From contig CAWIAD010000002.1 in the NCBI GenBank assembly GCA_963833985.1, forward strand, positions 736,001-800,000: a stretch of DNA of 64,000 bases, read 5' to 3'. The notes beneath the pieces were generated by a model that was not told the origin of the DNA, ran no database searches, and saw only the letters and a list, made by a program, of their open reading frames with translations. The position numbers and the translations under genes are program-made. Source of the stretch: an uncultured Planctomycetaceae bacterium. Its GTDB lineage: Bacteria > Planctomycetota > Planctomycetia > Isosphaerales > Isosphaeraceae. Shown here piece by piece: positions 20,750 through 30,908 of the stretch. How positions within the stretch are numbered: the stretch's first letter is position 1; each line of letters begins with the position of its first letter.

Positions 20750-21155
20750 CCTTCAGGAGACTGCCATGTTCGATCTGATCAAGAAGACATTGCTCACCGG
20801 CGTCGGTCTGGCCGTCATGACGAAGGACAAGGTGGAAGAGCTGGGCAAGGACTTCGCCTCGCAGGCCAAGCTCTCCGAGATCGAGGGCAAGGAATTTGTC
20901 GATCACCTGATGCAGCAGTCCGAGACGGCCCGCAAGGAGTTCGAGACGCGCATCAACTCCGCCGTGCAGAAGGCCGTCTCGACCTTGAACCTGGCCAGCA
21001 AGGACGAGGTCGCGCGGCTCTCGGCGAAGGTCGAGGAACTGACGGCGAAGCTGGATAGCGGCAAGGGTACGAGCGTTTGAACGCGTGAAGATTATTCGAC
21101 GGGCGGCCGCACATCGGGCTCGACCTGGTAGCCGCTGGCGAGCGCATTGGTCATG
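20750..21155 (+). repeat. 406-bp direct repeat, copy 2
   Basis: Matches 19392-19797. Confidence 0.95.
20766..21080 (+). CDS. Phasin-like small protein, copy 2
   Basis: 104 aa, differs from copy 1 at 2 residues (R/K, A/G); AGGAG RBS; TATAAT at 20717. Confidence 0.8.
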   Translation: MFDLIKKTLLTGVGLAVMTKDKVEELGKDFASQAKLSEIEGKEFVDHLMQQSETARKEFETRINSAVQKAVSTLNLASKDEVARLSAKVEELTAKLDSGKGTSV

Positions 21156-21529
21156 TTGAAGAGGCCGACGATGGCGAGGATCTCGCCGAGCGTTTCCGGG
21201 TCGACGCCCAGCTTGCGCAGGGCCGCGGTGTGCGAGTTGATGCAGTAAGGGCAGGCGTTGGTGGCCGAGACGGCCAGCGCGATGATCTCGCGCGTCTTCG
21301 GGTCGAGCCGCGCGGTGTGGCCGACCGCTTCGGGATGCATGAGCGTCTTGAGGTTCGTCCACACCAGCTCGAGCTGCATCGGATTGGTGGCGAGCACCTG
21401 CCAGAAGCGCGGGACGAAGTTGATCTTCTTGGTCGCCTTGATGTCGGCGTAGATCGCGGCGACCTTGCCAGTGGCCTCATGCTCTTCCACGGGTCGGACG
21501 GTTGCCATGCGTGAGTCGGGTTGCGGCAT
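21092..21529 (-). CDS. Carboxymuconolactone decarboxylase / AhpD-like peroxidase-related protein
   Basis: REIIALAVSATNACPYCINSH (ExxxxxVS...CxYCxxxH); alternative start at 21508. Confidence 0.9.
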   Translation of the reverse strand: MPQPDSRMATVRPVEEHEATGKVAAIYADIKATKKINFVPRFWQVLATNPMQLELVWTNLKTLMHPEAVGHTARLDPKTREIIALAVSATNACPYCINSHTAALRKLGVDPETLGEILAIVGLFNMTNALASGYQVEPDVRPPVE

Positions 21530-21669
21530 GAGGCGTCTCCCTTGCCAGTTCGGGACTGGCCGCAGGTTTTGGAGCGATGGGCGGCTCAGTCCAGGTTAGC
21601 ATCAAGGTCGGCGAAGCGACGAGGGGGTGTATTGACCCGCTGAGCATCGCCGGGGACCTGCGCGGGCCC

Positions 21670-24459
21670 TCACCGTCCTGGACGGCGCGACAGGGCAATG
21701 AGCATTGACGCCCTGAGCGACTTTGCGTGTGCCGGCGCACCGGGATCCGGGAAGACCTGGCCGTAGCCGTGGAACTTGACGCGCAGGTCACCGCCGGGCG
21801 TGCCGTCAAAGTTGCCGTCGAGCAGTCGTCCGGCAGGATCAGCCACTCCACCCTTGGACGACCCGCGGAGGATGATCTGATATGTGAACCAGTTGTGGAA
21901 ATCGAGCAACCGGCGGGGTCGTAGCGTGACGGAATACGAGGTGGAGTCGTAACGTGCCCAGGAGAGCGGGATGGCGCGAGAACCGGGCGCCGGGCCGGTC
22001 AGACGGTAATTCGCGGGATTGCTGGCGGTCGTCGGGTCGAGTGCCGCGTCAAAAGTCAGGACCAAGGTTGTTGGCTGGCGATGGTAGCCGAAGCGTTCGA
22101 TCTGGAGCAGGTGTGGACCGTCGGGCGTTGGGCCGGGAAGTGGGACAGGACGGCTCACGACCGGAGTGCTCAAGCTGGCGCTGTTGTCGTCCGGGTTGGC
22201 ATCGGTCTCAGCGGGGTTCACATGGACCAAATCGAACAAGCTGCCGGACGAGGCGGAGACGGAGATGGTGATCGTCACCGTGGCACTCGCGCCAGGGGAC
22301 AGCTTGCCCAACGCCGCCGAAACCGTGCCGGGCGACGGTGTCCATGAACCCTGGCTGGCGGACGCTGAGATGAGCTGCGCTGCGGCCGGCAGCCAGTTCT
22401 GAAGTGTCACGCCGGTGGCGGAACCGGGGCCATGATTGGCGACGGTGATGGTGTAGACAAACTGTTGACCATCAAGTACCGGGCCCGGAGGCGCGGACAG
22501 CGTGACGGCAAGATCGGGGTTGGGCTGTGGTTGCGGTGCAGGTTGGACAATCGTGGTCTGACTGGCGTTGTTGTTTTCCGGATCGGGATCGGGTGCGCCG
22601 CTGGGGTCACCCGTGATGACGACCGAGTTCGTCAGCGTGCCTGCCAGCGCCGACTTCACCTGGATCTGGATTGTCCTGGTCGCCTTACCGGCCAGGGAGC
22701 CCAGTGCGAAGGTCAAGATCCGTCCTTGCTGCGCGGTCGGTGCGGGATCGGCGGAGACGAACGTCACACCGGCGGGCAAGGTGTCCGTCAGGGTCACACC
22801 GGAAGCCGTGTCCGGGCCCAGGTTCTCGAGCTTCAGCATGTAGTCAAACGAGTCCCCTAGGGTCAGCGGGCCGGCCGGTGCCGAGCCGGTGACCGAGAGA
22901 TCGGCAGAGGACAGTTGCGTCTTACCTGTTGCCTGAAAGAACTGGGAGAACTCCGAGGTGTTGCCATTCGGGTCAATGGCCGTGGCCGAGACATACTGGC
23001 CCGCGGGTACAGTGACAGGGAACGTGACGGTGAAGCTGGCATTCCCATCGGCCCCGGTATCGACCGACGTCGAGCCGAGTAGTACCGTCCCGTCTCCCGC
23101 GCCGGAAGAAGGTGCATTCGGGCTCGAGAAGAACTGGATGTTGATCCCCTTGGTGTTCGGGTTGGTGTTGATCTTGCCGACGATCGTGGTCCCGGCCTCG
23201 GTGCTCTGGACACTCGTCAGTACGGGGAAATTCTGGAGATTATCAGCGCCCGTATCCGCGTCGAGCCCGTCGTTTGGATCATGCAGTGGATATTCCTGGT
23301 TGCCCAGCTTGATGGCCAGCAGCCCGCAGTTGAAGATCCGGTTTGACACGACCGCGTCACCTGTGGATTGATCGATCTGCACGCCATAGCCAAGCCCCTT
23401 GATGTCCACGCCGCTGAAGGCAATGGTGTTGGCAGCGCCCGCGGCTGTGCCTCCCAATGTGTTGTTGCTGGCGTCAAAGAAGGAGACTCCACCGTCACCG
23501 TTGCCCAGACCGTCGATCCCGGCTTTATTGGTGCCGATGAAATTCCCCTCGATGAGGTTTCCCGAGGTCGGATCAGGGAACGCCCCGGTGTACTCGGACC
23601 CATTGACGGCGATTCCCCAGCTGCCGCCCGCGATCACGTTGGCCGCTCCTGAAACCGTGCCGCCGATCGTATTTCCCATGGAGTGGTAAATGAGGATGCC
23701 GTCGCTGAACTGCCCGAGGACTTTTGTCCCCGTGAGGTCCGTACCGATGAGGTTCCCCTCTACAAGATTGTTCATATCCGGATATGTATTCCCATTCTGG
23801 GTGTACCCTTCGATCTCGATTCCATAGGTACCCCGGCCACCCGCGATCATGTTGCGATCGGCCGGGGCGACGCCGCCGATGGTATTGTTCGACGAACTCG
23901 CTGAGATCGCATACATGTAGCCGTTGACACCAGTGCCATCAGCCGGGTTGAAACCGAAGAAATCGCCGCTGATCGTGTCGCCTCCCGGTTCCTCGATATC
24001 GACTCCCAGGCCGTTGGCGCCCAGCACCGATTGGCTAAAGTTGAAGATCAGGCCGCGCACTGCGATGCCTTGCGACGCGAGCAAGAGGCCGCGTGACGGG
24101 TCCTGTTCACTCTTGGCACTGCTCAGCTCGATGAGCGGGGTGGCGTTGTCGCCATCTGTGAGGGTATTGGCATGTGATCCTGGTTGGGTATAGCCGTCGA
24201 TTGTCAAAGGCACGGTGATCGTTGGCAGTTGATACACCGGGGCGATCTCGTGTATGCCCGATCCCGGGATGTTGAACGCGATGGTATCGCCCGCCTTGGC
24301 GTCGAGGATCGCCTGGCGGAGCGTGCCGGCTCCGGAATCATCCGTGGTGGTCACGGTCAGCGTTGAGAGCAAGGTGCGCGGCTCCATCCATTCAAGGCGG
24401 GGACGACGCTTCCGTGATCGTCGGGACTTCAAGCACGCCGCCTGTGTAAGCCGTGTCAT
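21670..24459 (-). CDS. Large secreted planctomycete protein (LEPRxLL-type N-terminus, beta-helix-like repeats, two DUF11-like Ig domains)
   Basis: RRPRLEWMEPRTLLS; DDSGAGTLRQAI; repeated NTIGG/GNxIGT; GNTSEFS; ADLSV...NLGPDTASGVTLTDTLP and PDLAV...NHGPGSATGV. Confidence 0.88.
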   Translation of the reverse strand: MTRLTQAACLKSRRSRKRRPRLEWMEPRTLLSTLTVTTTDDSGAGTLRQAILDAKAGDTIAFNIPGSGIHEIAPVYQLPTITVPLTIDGYTQPGSHANTLTDGDNATPLIELSSAKSEQDPSRGLLLASQGIAVRGLIFNFSQSVLGANGLGVDIEEPGGDTISGDFFGFNPADGTGVNGYMYAISASSSNNTIGGVAPADRNMIAGGRGTYGIEIEGYTQNGNTYPDMNNLVEGNLIGTDLTGTKVLGQFSDGILIYHSMGNTIGGTVSGAANVIAGGSWGIAVNGSEYTGAFPDPTSGNLIEGNFIGTNKAGIDGLGNGDGGVSFFDASNNTLGGTAAGAANTIAFSGVDIKGLGYGVQIDQSTGDAVVSNRIFNCGLLAIKLGNQEYPLHDPNDGLDADTGADNLQNFPVLTSVQSTEAGTTIVGKINTNPNTKGINIQFFSSPNAPSSGAGDGTVLLGSTSVDTGADGNASFTVTFPVTVPAGQYVSATAIDPNGNTSEFSQFFQATGKTQLSSADLSVTGSAPAGPLTLGDSFDYMLKLENLGPDTASGVTLTDTLPAGVTFVSADPAPTAQQGRILTFALGSLAGKATRTIQIQVKSALAGTLTNSVVITGDPSGAPDPDPENNNASQTTIVQPAPQPQPNPDLAVTLSAPPGPVLDGQQFVYTITVANHGPGSATGVTLQNWLPAAAQLISASASQGSWTPSPGTVSAALGKLSPGASATVTITISVSASSGSLFDLVHVNPAETDANPDDNSASLSTPVVSRPVPLPGPTPDGPHLLQIERFGYHRQPTTLVLTFDAALDPTTASNPANYRLTGPAPGSRAIPLSWARYDSTSYSVTLRPRRLLDFHNWFTYQIILRGSSKGGVADPAGRLLDGNFDGTPGGDLRVKFHGYGQVFPDPGAPAHAKSLRASMLIALSRRPGR

Positions 24460-24872
24460 GAGATTTCATCTTCAGCAAACGTTGAAGGTACGTTCACGCG
24501 GTTTCTATGTGGATGCAGCGCATACGACGAACCTGTCGCCGGCGCCGCGGGTGCGCCTTGCATGCCCCTTTGGTGCGATAGCCTTGACGTGATCGCCAAC
24601 GGTGCGGCGCGCCGCGCTGAGGCGGTTGCCGGGACGGCTTCCGGCTGAAATGCCACGCATGACCTGCCTTCATGGCCGTCTCGTAGGCCTCTACCCGTTT
24701 GATCCGCGATGGCCGAAAATGCATGCCAGGAATCTTGCTTTTCGTCCGGCCGGGTTCGGTACGAGCGTGTCTTCGTTGATGAATGGAAGAGACGGGGTGA
24801 ACGTGGCTGGCTGGAAAAAATGGAATACCGGCCCGGGGCCTGCCCCTTGATGGACTGGCGGAGAACCTCGCA

Positions 24873-25505
24873 ATGGTCAAGCTCGACGACAGTCGCAACC
24901 TTGCGCACTGGCTCGCATCACTCAGGGCGGGCGATCCCGAAGCCGCGCCCAGGTTGTGGAAGCGTTACTTCAAGCCGCTGGTGCAGGTGGCCCGCCTCTC
25001 GCTTCGAGGAGGGCCGCGAGCCGTCGCTGACGAGGAGGACGCTGCACTGGATGCTCTGGATAGCTTCCTTCGGGGCGTGGCCCGCGACCGTTATCCTGAG
25101 CTTGATGACAGTGAGGATCTCTGGCGATTGCTCGTGGTGATCACCCGGCGCAAAGTCCTCGACCAGGTCCAGCGTGAACGGCAGAAGAAGCGGGGTGGCG
25201 GACTGCGGATCGGCCCGCTGACTCTGCCTCTGGCCCGCGCACCCGGCAAGCCGCGACGATTGGAGGCTGCATCGTCCTCCGAGCGAACGCCCGAATATGC
25301 CGCCATGATGGTCGAAGAGTACCGCATCCTGGTCACGAGGCTTCCTGATCCAAGGCTACGTCAGGTCGCCCGCCTGAGACTTGACGGCTTCACAAGCGAG
25401 GAGATCGCCGGCCAGCTTGGTTGCAGTGTTCGAAGCGTTGCACGGCGGGTGGATGAAATTCGCAAGATCTGGCTCGAGGAGGATGACCGCGCCGGCCGCG
25501 ATTGA
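24873..25505 (+). CDS. ECF-type RNA polymerase sigma factor (planctomycete type)
   Basis: GDPEAAPRLWKRYF, ADEEDAAL, DLWRLLVVITRRK, KRGGG, GFTSEEIAGQLGCSVRSVARR. Confidence 0.92.
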   Translation: MVKLDDSRNLAHWLASLRAGDPEAAPRLWKRYFKPLVQVARLSLRGGPRAVADEEDAALDALDSFLRGVARDRYPELDDSEDLWRLLVVITRRKVLDQVQRERQKKRGGGLRIGPLTLPLARAPGKPRRLEAASSSERTPEYAAMMVEEYRILVTRLPDPRLRQVARLRLDGFTSEEIAGQLGCSVRSVARRVDEIRKIWLEEDDRAGRD

Positions 25506-26560
25506 AGTTGACGATGACCCCGATGTCGACCATGCTGGACGCATCCGAACATACGGGGGATTCATTGATGAGCGATGGTGGGCGCTGGTTCCGATGGTCA
25601 GGGCGGAAGCTGCGCTGGCTTTGCACGATCGGGATCGTCGTGCTGGTCTGGTTCCTGGTCTCGTTTGCTCTCGCGTTCCGGCTCACTCACAGGGCGCGGC
25701 CGCCGTTCGCTCAACCGGCCCCGCGTGTGGCCTGGGGAACCATCGAGGACCACCGACTCCGAACCTGCGACCACCAGGAGGTCGGGGCCTGGTTCGTCGA
25801 CGGCAAGGACAATGGGCACGCACCGCAGGTTCTGCTGTTGCACGGCAACAAGGGCAACCGCGCGAACCTGCTCCAGCGCGCGGAGTTCCTGGCCGCGGCC
25901 GGCTCACCGGTGCTCATGATCTCATTGCGGGCGCATGGCGACTCCACGGGCGACCTTAATGACATGGGGTACAGTGCGCGTCACGACGTGGTGGCTGCCG
26001 TCTCATTCCTCGAAGCACGGCATCCGGGCCGGCCGATCGTGGTGATGGGAGTGTCGCTCGGTTCGTCGGCGGCGGTCTTCGCAGCGCCGGAGCTGGGCCG
26101 CAGAGTTCAAGGCTATGTTCTGGAGAGTCCCTACCGGGACCTCAAGACCGCCGTCTGGAACCGGACGCATGCGTACCTGCCGCCTGTTCTGGCGGAGCTT
26201 GGCTACGCCGGTCTGCGGCTGGCTGCCCCGCTCGTCCTGCCGCACTTCGAGGCGATCTCACCGCTCCTGGCCATTGGCGGCATACCAGCCGACGTTCCCG
26301 TGTTGATCATCGCCGGAGCGAACGACCTGCTGGCACGGCCGGCCGAGGCGAGAGCACTATTGGAACGTGTCGCCGGGCACGGGCGTTTGTGTCTCTTTTC
26401 AAGCGCTGGCCATAACAACCTGTTTTCATCGGCCCCGGATCGCTACCGGCGCATGGTCCTCGAGTTTATCGGTACAGTCCGCCCTGGCGACCCGGCCGGT
26501 AATGCGCAAGATCCTGAGGTCGTCTGTCCGGCTCCAGGCGTCGAATCAGGGCTGCCTTGA
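25502..26560 (+). CDS. Membrane-anchored alpha/beta hydrolase
   Basis: N-terminal hydrophobic helix, LLLHG, RAHGDS, GVSLG nucleophile elbow, GAND, AGHN; start uncertain (ATG 25514-25568). Confidence 0.88.
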   Translation: MKLTMTPMSTMLDASEHTGDSLMSDGGRWFRWSGRKLRWLCTIGIVVLVWFLVSFALAFRLTHRARPPFAQPAPRVAWGTIEDHRLRTCDHQEVGAWFVDGKDNGHAPQVLLLHGNKGNRANLLQRAEFLAAAGSPVLMISLRAHGDSTGDLNDMGYSARHDVVAAVSFLEARHPGRPIVVMGVSLGSSAAVFAAPELGRRVQGYVLESPYRDLKTAVWNRTHAYLPPVLAELGYAGLRLAAPLVLPHFEAISPLLAIGGIPADVPVLIIAGANDLLARPAEARALLERVAGHGRLCLFSSAGHNNLFSSAPDRYRRMVLEFIGTVRPGDPAGNAQDPEVVCPAPGVESGLP

Positions 26561-26674
26561 TGCAGACGGTACTTCGACTCCGCTCATTCTCTCCTTCATC
26601 AGCCGTTCCATGTCATGTATCATCAAAGAGCAAAGAGCCCGACGGGACTGTGATTCTCAAGGCAGCCTTCGATC

Positions 26675-27871
26675 ATGCCAACTCGTCTGAAAAACCTACA
26701 GATCACAAACTATCGCTCGCTGGCTGATGTTTCGCTGCCCCTTGAGCCCGTGAATGTCTTGTTCGGGCCCAATGGCGCAGGAAAGTCGACTCTCCTGGAC
26801 ATGATCTGGTTCGTGCGCGATTGTGCGATCCGGAGCGTGGAGCTGGCCTCAACCAATCGCGATCACGGTATCGGCCTCCTCTTCGATGGGGCCGACGAGG
26901 GCGATCCGATCCGACTGAAACTCGCGACCGACCAGATCGAATACGAGTTGCAGCTCAGCATGTCCGCTGGCCGGATCGAGCCGTTCGCGGGTGAGCGGCT
27001 CTTCTCTCTTGACCGTGACAGGGTCTTGCTGGAGCGCCGGGCAGGTACGTCAAAGGCAGAGTTTTTCCACATCCGCTTCGATCAGGTAGCGACATTTGAC
27101 CTCCGCGAGCCCGAAAAAATCTCGCTGGGCCGTTATCTTGACTTCGAGCCCGAGTGCGAGGAAGCGATCGAGCTGGATCGAATTCTTCATTTCGTCCATT
27201 CCTACCATTCGCGGTCCTTCAATTTGTGGGGTCTCAAGAAGCACGGTTCAACCACTGGGTTCGAAACCTGGGTCAGAGGACGGGGTGAGAACCTCTGGTC
27301 GGTCCTGCGCAACCTCGAAGGCCGCCGACAGCTCGACGATCGATACGCCACGATCTTGGGGTACATGGCCGAAGCTTTCCCTGGCTTCGACGGCTTGGTC
27401 ATCGAGCCATCAAGTCCCAATACGCTCTATGCAAGCTTTCTGGAACGTGGGCGCCAAAAGCCGATACTCGCCTCGGGAATCTCCGATGGGCATCTTCAGT
27501 TGCTTATCCTGCTGACGGCGCTGTTCTCGGAAGGCCGAGATCGTTATTCATTGATGTTGATAGATGAGCCTGAGACGTCGCTCCACCCCTGGGCAATCGC
27601 GGTCCTCGCCAAGGCAATCAAACAGGCGACAGAGGAGTGGGGAAAACAGGTTCTCGTGGCGACCCACTCACCCGTATTGATGAGTCAGTTTGACCCAGAC
27701 CAGATACTGACCGTCGAACAAGCAGACGGAAGAACCCGAATCACCCGCCTGAGCGATATTGAAGAAATCAAGGATCTCTTGCAGGAGTACGCTCCCGGCT
27801 CCCTCTATATGAGCGAAGTGATCGGCGCACAAAGCAAAATTGTTGTTCCCCCAGCGCCAGGCGAAAGATGA
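26675..27871 (+). CDS. ABC-type (AAA_21/RecF-like) ATPase
   Basis: NYRS, Walker A GPNGAGKST, signature ISDG, Walker B LIDEPETSLHP, H-loop VATHSP. Confidence 0.92.
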   Translation: MPTRLKNLQITNYRSLADVSLPLEPVNVLFGPNGAGKSTLLDMIWFVRDCAIRSVELASTNRDHGIGLLFDGADEGDPIRLKLATDQIEYELQLSMSAGRIEPFAGERLFSLDRDRVLLERRAGTSKAEFFHIRFDQVATFDLREPEKISLGRYLDFEPECEEAIELDRILHFVHSYHSRSFNLWGLKKHGSTTGFETWVRGRGENLWSVLRNLEGRRQLDDRYATILGYMAEAFPGFDGLVIEPSSPNTLYASFLERGRQKPILASGISDGHLQLLILLTALFSEGRDRYSLMLIDEPETSLHPWAIAVLAKAIKQATEEWGKQVLVATHSPVLMSQFDPDQILTVEQADGRTRITRLSDIEEIKDLLQEYAPGSLYMSEVIGAQSKIVVPPAPGER

Positions 27872-28623
27872 CGCATTCCTCAACCTGGTCCTTTTATCGG
27901 GTATCGCTTCTGGTCACAGGCAAGGGGGAGGAGGAGTTCCTGCCGAAGCTCTTTCGGTCGCTCGAAGCTGAAGGGCACTGCGCCTTCCGAGTTGCCAGGC
28001 GAATTCCCCAGCTCCGCCCTATCACGTCAGCAAGAAAAAAGGAGAGGATGGTCGGCACCGGTCAACGGATCGCCGACAGGGACGAGGAAATTGCTTTGTC
28101 CGCACGGCGGTATCTTTCCGGCGGGTTTGATTACCTCATCATCGTCGACGATCTGGAGCACGACCACAGGGAGAAAGCCGCGGAAGTCTTCCGGAGATAC
28201 CGCCTGGCGCTCGACACGATCCTGGATCCCATGGGATGGAAAGATCGGGCCTCGGTCCACTTCCTCGTCAATATGCTGGAAGCTTACTACTTCGCCGATG
28301 CTGCCGCGATCAATCGTGTCCTGGGGACGGAGCTGGTGGACCACGTCGGAGATGTTGAAACGATCCGCCATCCCAAGAACGATCTCAAGAAGATCATTCT
28401 CGGATTCGACGAGATCAAACACGGACGGTCGATTCTCGAACAGCTTAACGTGATCCACGTGCTCTCGAGTCCGTCAACCTGCCGGTCGTTGCGCACCTTG
28501 TTTGGCTGGTGCTCAAAGGCGATCGGGCGAGAGTTCACAGACGTGTACGAACTCAGGAACGGGTGTTATTTCGAGGTGACTCGGCCGCAGATCGACTCGC
28601 TTTCCGACTCCTCACCTGTTTGA
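27868..28623 (+). CDS. DUF4276-like (TOPRIM-related) protein coupled to the ATPase
   Basis: ATGA overlap; LLVTGKGEEEFL, IIVDDLE, FLVNMLEAYYFAD, ExIxHPK, CRSLR. Confidence 0.7.
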   Translation: MTHSSTWSFYRVSLLVTGKGEEEFLPKLFRSLEAEGHCAFRVARRIPQLRPITSARKKERMVGTGQRIADRDEEIALSARRYLSGGFDYLIIVDDLEHDHREKAAEVFRRYRLALDTILDPMGWKDRASVHFLVNMLEAYYFADAAAINRVLGTELVDHVGDVETIRHPKNDLKKIILGFDEIKHGRSILEQLNVIHVLSSPSTCRSLRTLFGWCSKAIGREFTDVYELRNGCYFEVTRPQIDSLSDSSPV

Positions 28624-28640
28624 CACTCGTTTATCGAATG

Positions 28641-29492
28641 TCAGACCGGACCCTTCTTGGGTTGCCTTCGCCCCTTACCGCCGGCCATCGGCTCGACGCC
28701 GCCTTCGAGCGACTGGCCCACCTTCGCGGCCGCCAGGCGTGCTTCAATGGCCGCGGCGTAATCAGGGGAAAGCTCGAAACCGAGGAACCGGCGGTCCAGC
28801 TTCCTGGCGACGGTCAGCGTCGTGCCGCTGCCGCCGAAGGGGTCGAGCACGGTCTCACCCGGGTTCGAGCAGCCGCGGATGATGCGGCCCAGGAGCTGCT
28901 CGGGCATCTGGCAGCCGTGCCAGCCCGCGCGCTCCTTGAAGGTGCCGCAGACGCGGGGGAAGTACCAGGTGTCGCTCTCCGCTGCAAAGCCGCTGGGAAC
29001 GTCCTGCGGCCTGAGGATCCAGGTGTCGTCGGGCAGCCGGCCTTCCGGGTTGGCCCGCGCGTCGAAGTAGACGAGCTGCCGCGCCGAGGGGACGCGCACC
29101 TGCTGGTCGTTGAAAGTAAAACGTTTGGGGTCCTTCACGAAGTAGAACAGGTGGGCGTGACTGCGGCTGAACTTCCTGGTGCAGTGGACCCCAAACGTAT
29201 AGTACCAGATCACCCAGCTTCGCAGCGAAAGCCCCAGCTCGCGATGGAAGAGGACCTTCAGCTCGGCGGCGTACTCGTCGCCGATCGCCAGCCAGAACGT
29301 GCCGTTGGGCTTGAGCGTACGAACGACCTCGCGGCCCCATAAACGGGTCCACTCGAGGTAGGCCTCGGCCTCGCGGCGGTCGTCGTAGATATCGTAATCA
29401 TAGCCGATGTTGAAGGGCGGATCGGCGAAAACGAGGTCGATCGAACCCGACGCAACCCGCGGGAACAGTTCCAGGCAGTCTCCCGCATACAA
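28641..29492 (-). CDS. Site-specific DNA methyltransferase (N6-A/N4-C, beta class)
   Basis: [13 protein letters not shown] preceding [11 protein letters not shown], HxCQMP, GFELS; start uncertain. Confidence 0.94.
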   Translation of the reverse strand: MYAGDCLELFPRVASGSIDLVFADPPFNIGYDYDIYDDRREAEAYLEWTRLWGREVVRTLKPNGTFWLAIGDEYAAELKVLFHRELGLSLRSWVIWYYTFGVHCTRKFSRSHAHLFYFVKDPKRFTFNDQQVRVPSARQLVYFDARANPEGRLPDDTWILRPQDVPSGFAAESDTWYFPRVCGTFKERAGWHGCQMPEQLLGRIIRGCSNPGETVLDPFGGSGTTLTVARKLDRRFLGFELSPDYAAAIEARLAAAKVGQSLEGGVEPMAGGKGRRQPKKGPV

Positions 29493-29603
29493 CCGGTCGA
29501 AGGCCAGAACTTCGTTCGAACCCTGTTCGTGACGATGCGCTTTTCTTGGATGATGCTTCAGGCTGCGGGACGCTGGCTGGTGGCTGGCTCATGAGCTGCT
29601 CGA

Positions 29604-30818
29604 TCACTCCTCGTCGGAACTCGAATCCGGATCAATGGGACTGTTACCGTTGCTGTCCTCGTCGAGAGGTCCGCCATCGCCGTTACGATAGGGCCCGGCC
29701 GTGCCCGAGCCGGGAGCCGGCTCGTCGATGCGATACTCCGACAGCTTCTTGTGCAGCGTGTTGCGGTTGATGCCCAGCCGGGCGGCGGCCTTGATCTGAA
29801 CGCGGTCGCAGATCTGGAGCACCTGCTGAATCAATTCGCGCTCGACCTGGCCGACGATGCGGTCGTGCAGGTCGTTGGCGGACGGCCCGGCGTCACGGAC
29901 CCCCTGGCGAACGAGCTCGACCGTCAGGCTGCCGAAATCCGTGCTGCTGCTGCCGCGATGCCGGATCGGCCGAGGGGCAGGCTCGCCCCGGAGCTGGGGC
30001 GGCAGATGTTCGACCACAAGCTCGGGACCGGTCCCCAGGATGACCGCCCGTTCGACATAATTTTGCAGCTCCCGGACATTTCCTGGCCAGTCGTGCTCAC
30101 GCAGCCGGCGCATCGCTTCAGGATGGACCTTGCGCATCTCGCGCCTGTTCTGCTCGCCATAGCGCTTCAGGAAGAAGACCACCAGCGGCTCGACATCCTC
30201 ACGGCGATCACGCAGCGGAGGCAGGTAGATCGGCACCACATTGAGGCGGTAGTAGAGATCCTCGCGGAACCGGCCAGCGCCGATCTCGTCGAGCAGATCG
30301 CGGTTGGTCGCGGCGACGATGCGCGTATCAACCTTCTTGGTATTGTTGTCGCCGACCCGCTCGAACTCGCCCTCCTGGAGCACGCGCAGCAGCTTCACCT
30401 GAAGCTTGGGCGAGGTGCTGTTGATCTCGTCGAGGAAGATTGAGCCGGTGTGCGCGGCCTCGAACCGGCCGGTCCGGTTGTCGACGGCCCCGGTGAACGA
30501 ACCCTTGACGTGCCCGAAGAGCTCGCTTTCCAGCAGGCTTTCTGTGAGGGCACCGCAGTTCACGCGAATGTAAGGCCCTGTGGACCGCGGGCTCAGGTCG
30601 TGGATGGCCCGGGCGATCAGCTCCTTGCCGGTTCCGGTCTCGCCCACGATGAGGACGCAGGCCCGTGAGGGGGCCACCTGGCGCGTGGTCCGGAACACCT
30701 CGCGCATGGCCGTGCTTTCACCGAGGACGCCCGGCAGGCTTGGAATCGGCGAGGGATGGTCGCCGGCAGCCAGCGCCACAGTGTGTGCGGAGAAGCTCAT
30801 TCTGGTGTCGATGGCCAT
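29604..30818 (-). CDS. Sigma-54-dependent enhancer-binding protein, Fis-type HTH, no sensor domain
   Basis: [57 protein letters not shown]. Confidence 0.96.
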   Translation of the reverse strand: MAIDTRMSFSAHTVALAAGDHPSPIPSLPGVLGESTAMREVFRTTRQVAPSRACVLIVGETGTGKELIARAIHDLSPRSTGPYIRVNCGALTESLLESELFGHVKGSFTGAVDNRTGRFEAAHTGSIFLDEINSTSPKLQVKLLRVLQEGEFERVGDNNTKKVDTRIVAATNRDLLDEIGAGRFREDLYYRLNVVPIYLPPLRDRREDVEPLVVFFLKRYGEQNRREMRKVHPEAMRRLREHDWPGNVRELQNYVERAVILGTGPELVVEHLPPQLRGEPAPRPIRHRGSSSTDFGSLTVELVRQGVRDAGPSANDLHDRIVGQVERELIQQVLQICDRVQIKAAARLGINRNTLHKKLSEYRIDEPAPGSGTAGPYRNGDGGPLDEDSNGNSPIDPDSSSDEE

Positions 30819-30908
30819 GGACGCTGAACTTTCACGAAAACTCAGAGGCGGCCGCGAGAGTCAGCGAGGCGCCCGGCATCGCCAGCCACCCCCTGACATC
30901 GAACAGGC

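Noticed and set aside
24460..24872. c-di-GMP riboswitch upstream of the surface protein
   Set aside because: GEMM core motifs not found on either strand.
26675..29492. Type II restriction-modification system
   Set aside because: The methyltransferase is convergent with the ATPase pair, differs in codon usage and belongs to the upstream housekeeping run; no clear restriction endonuclease.
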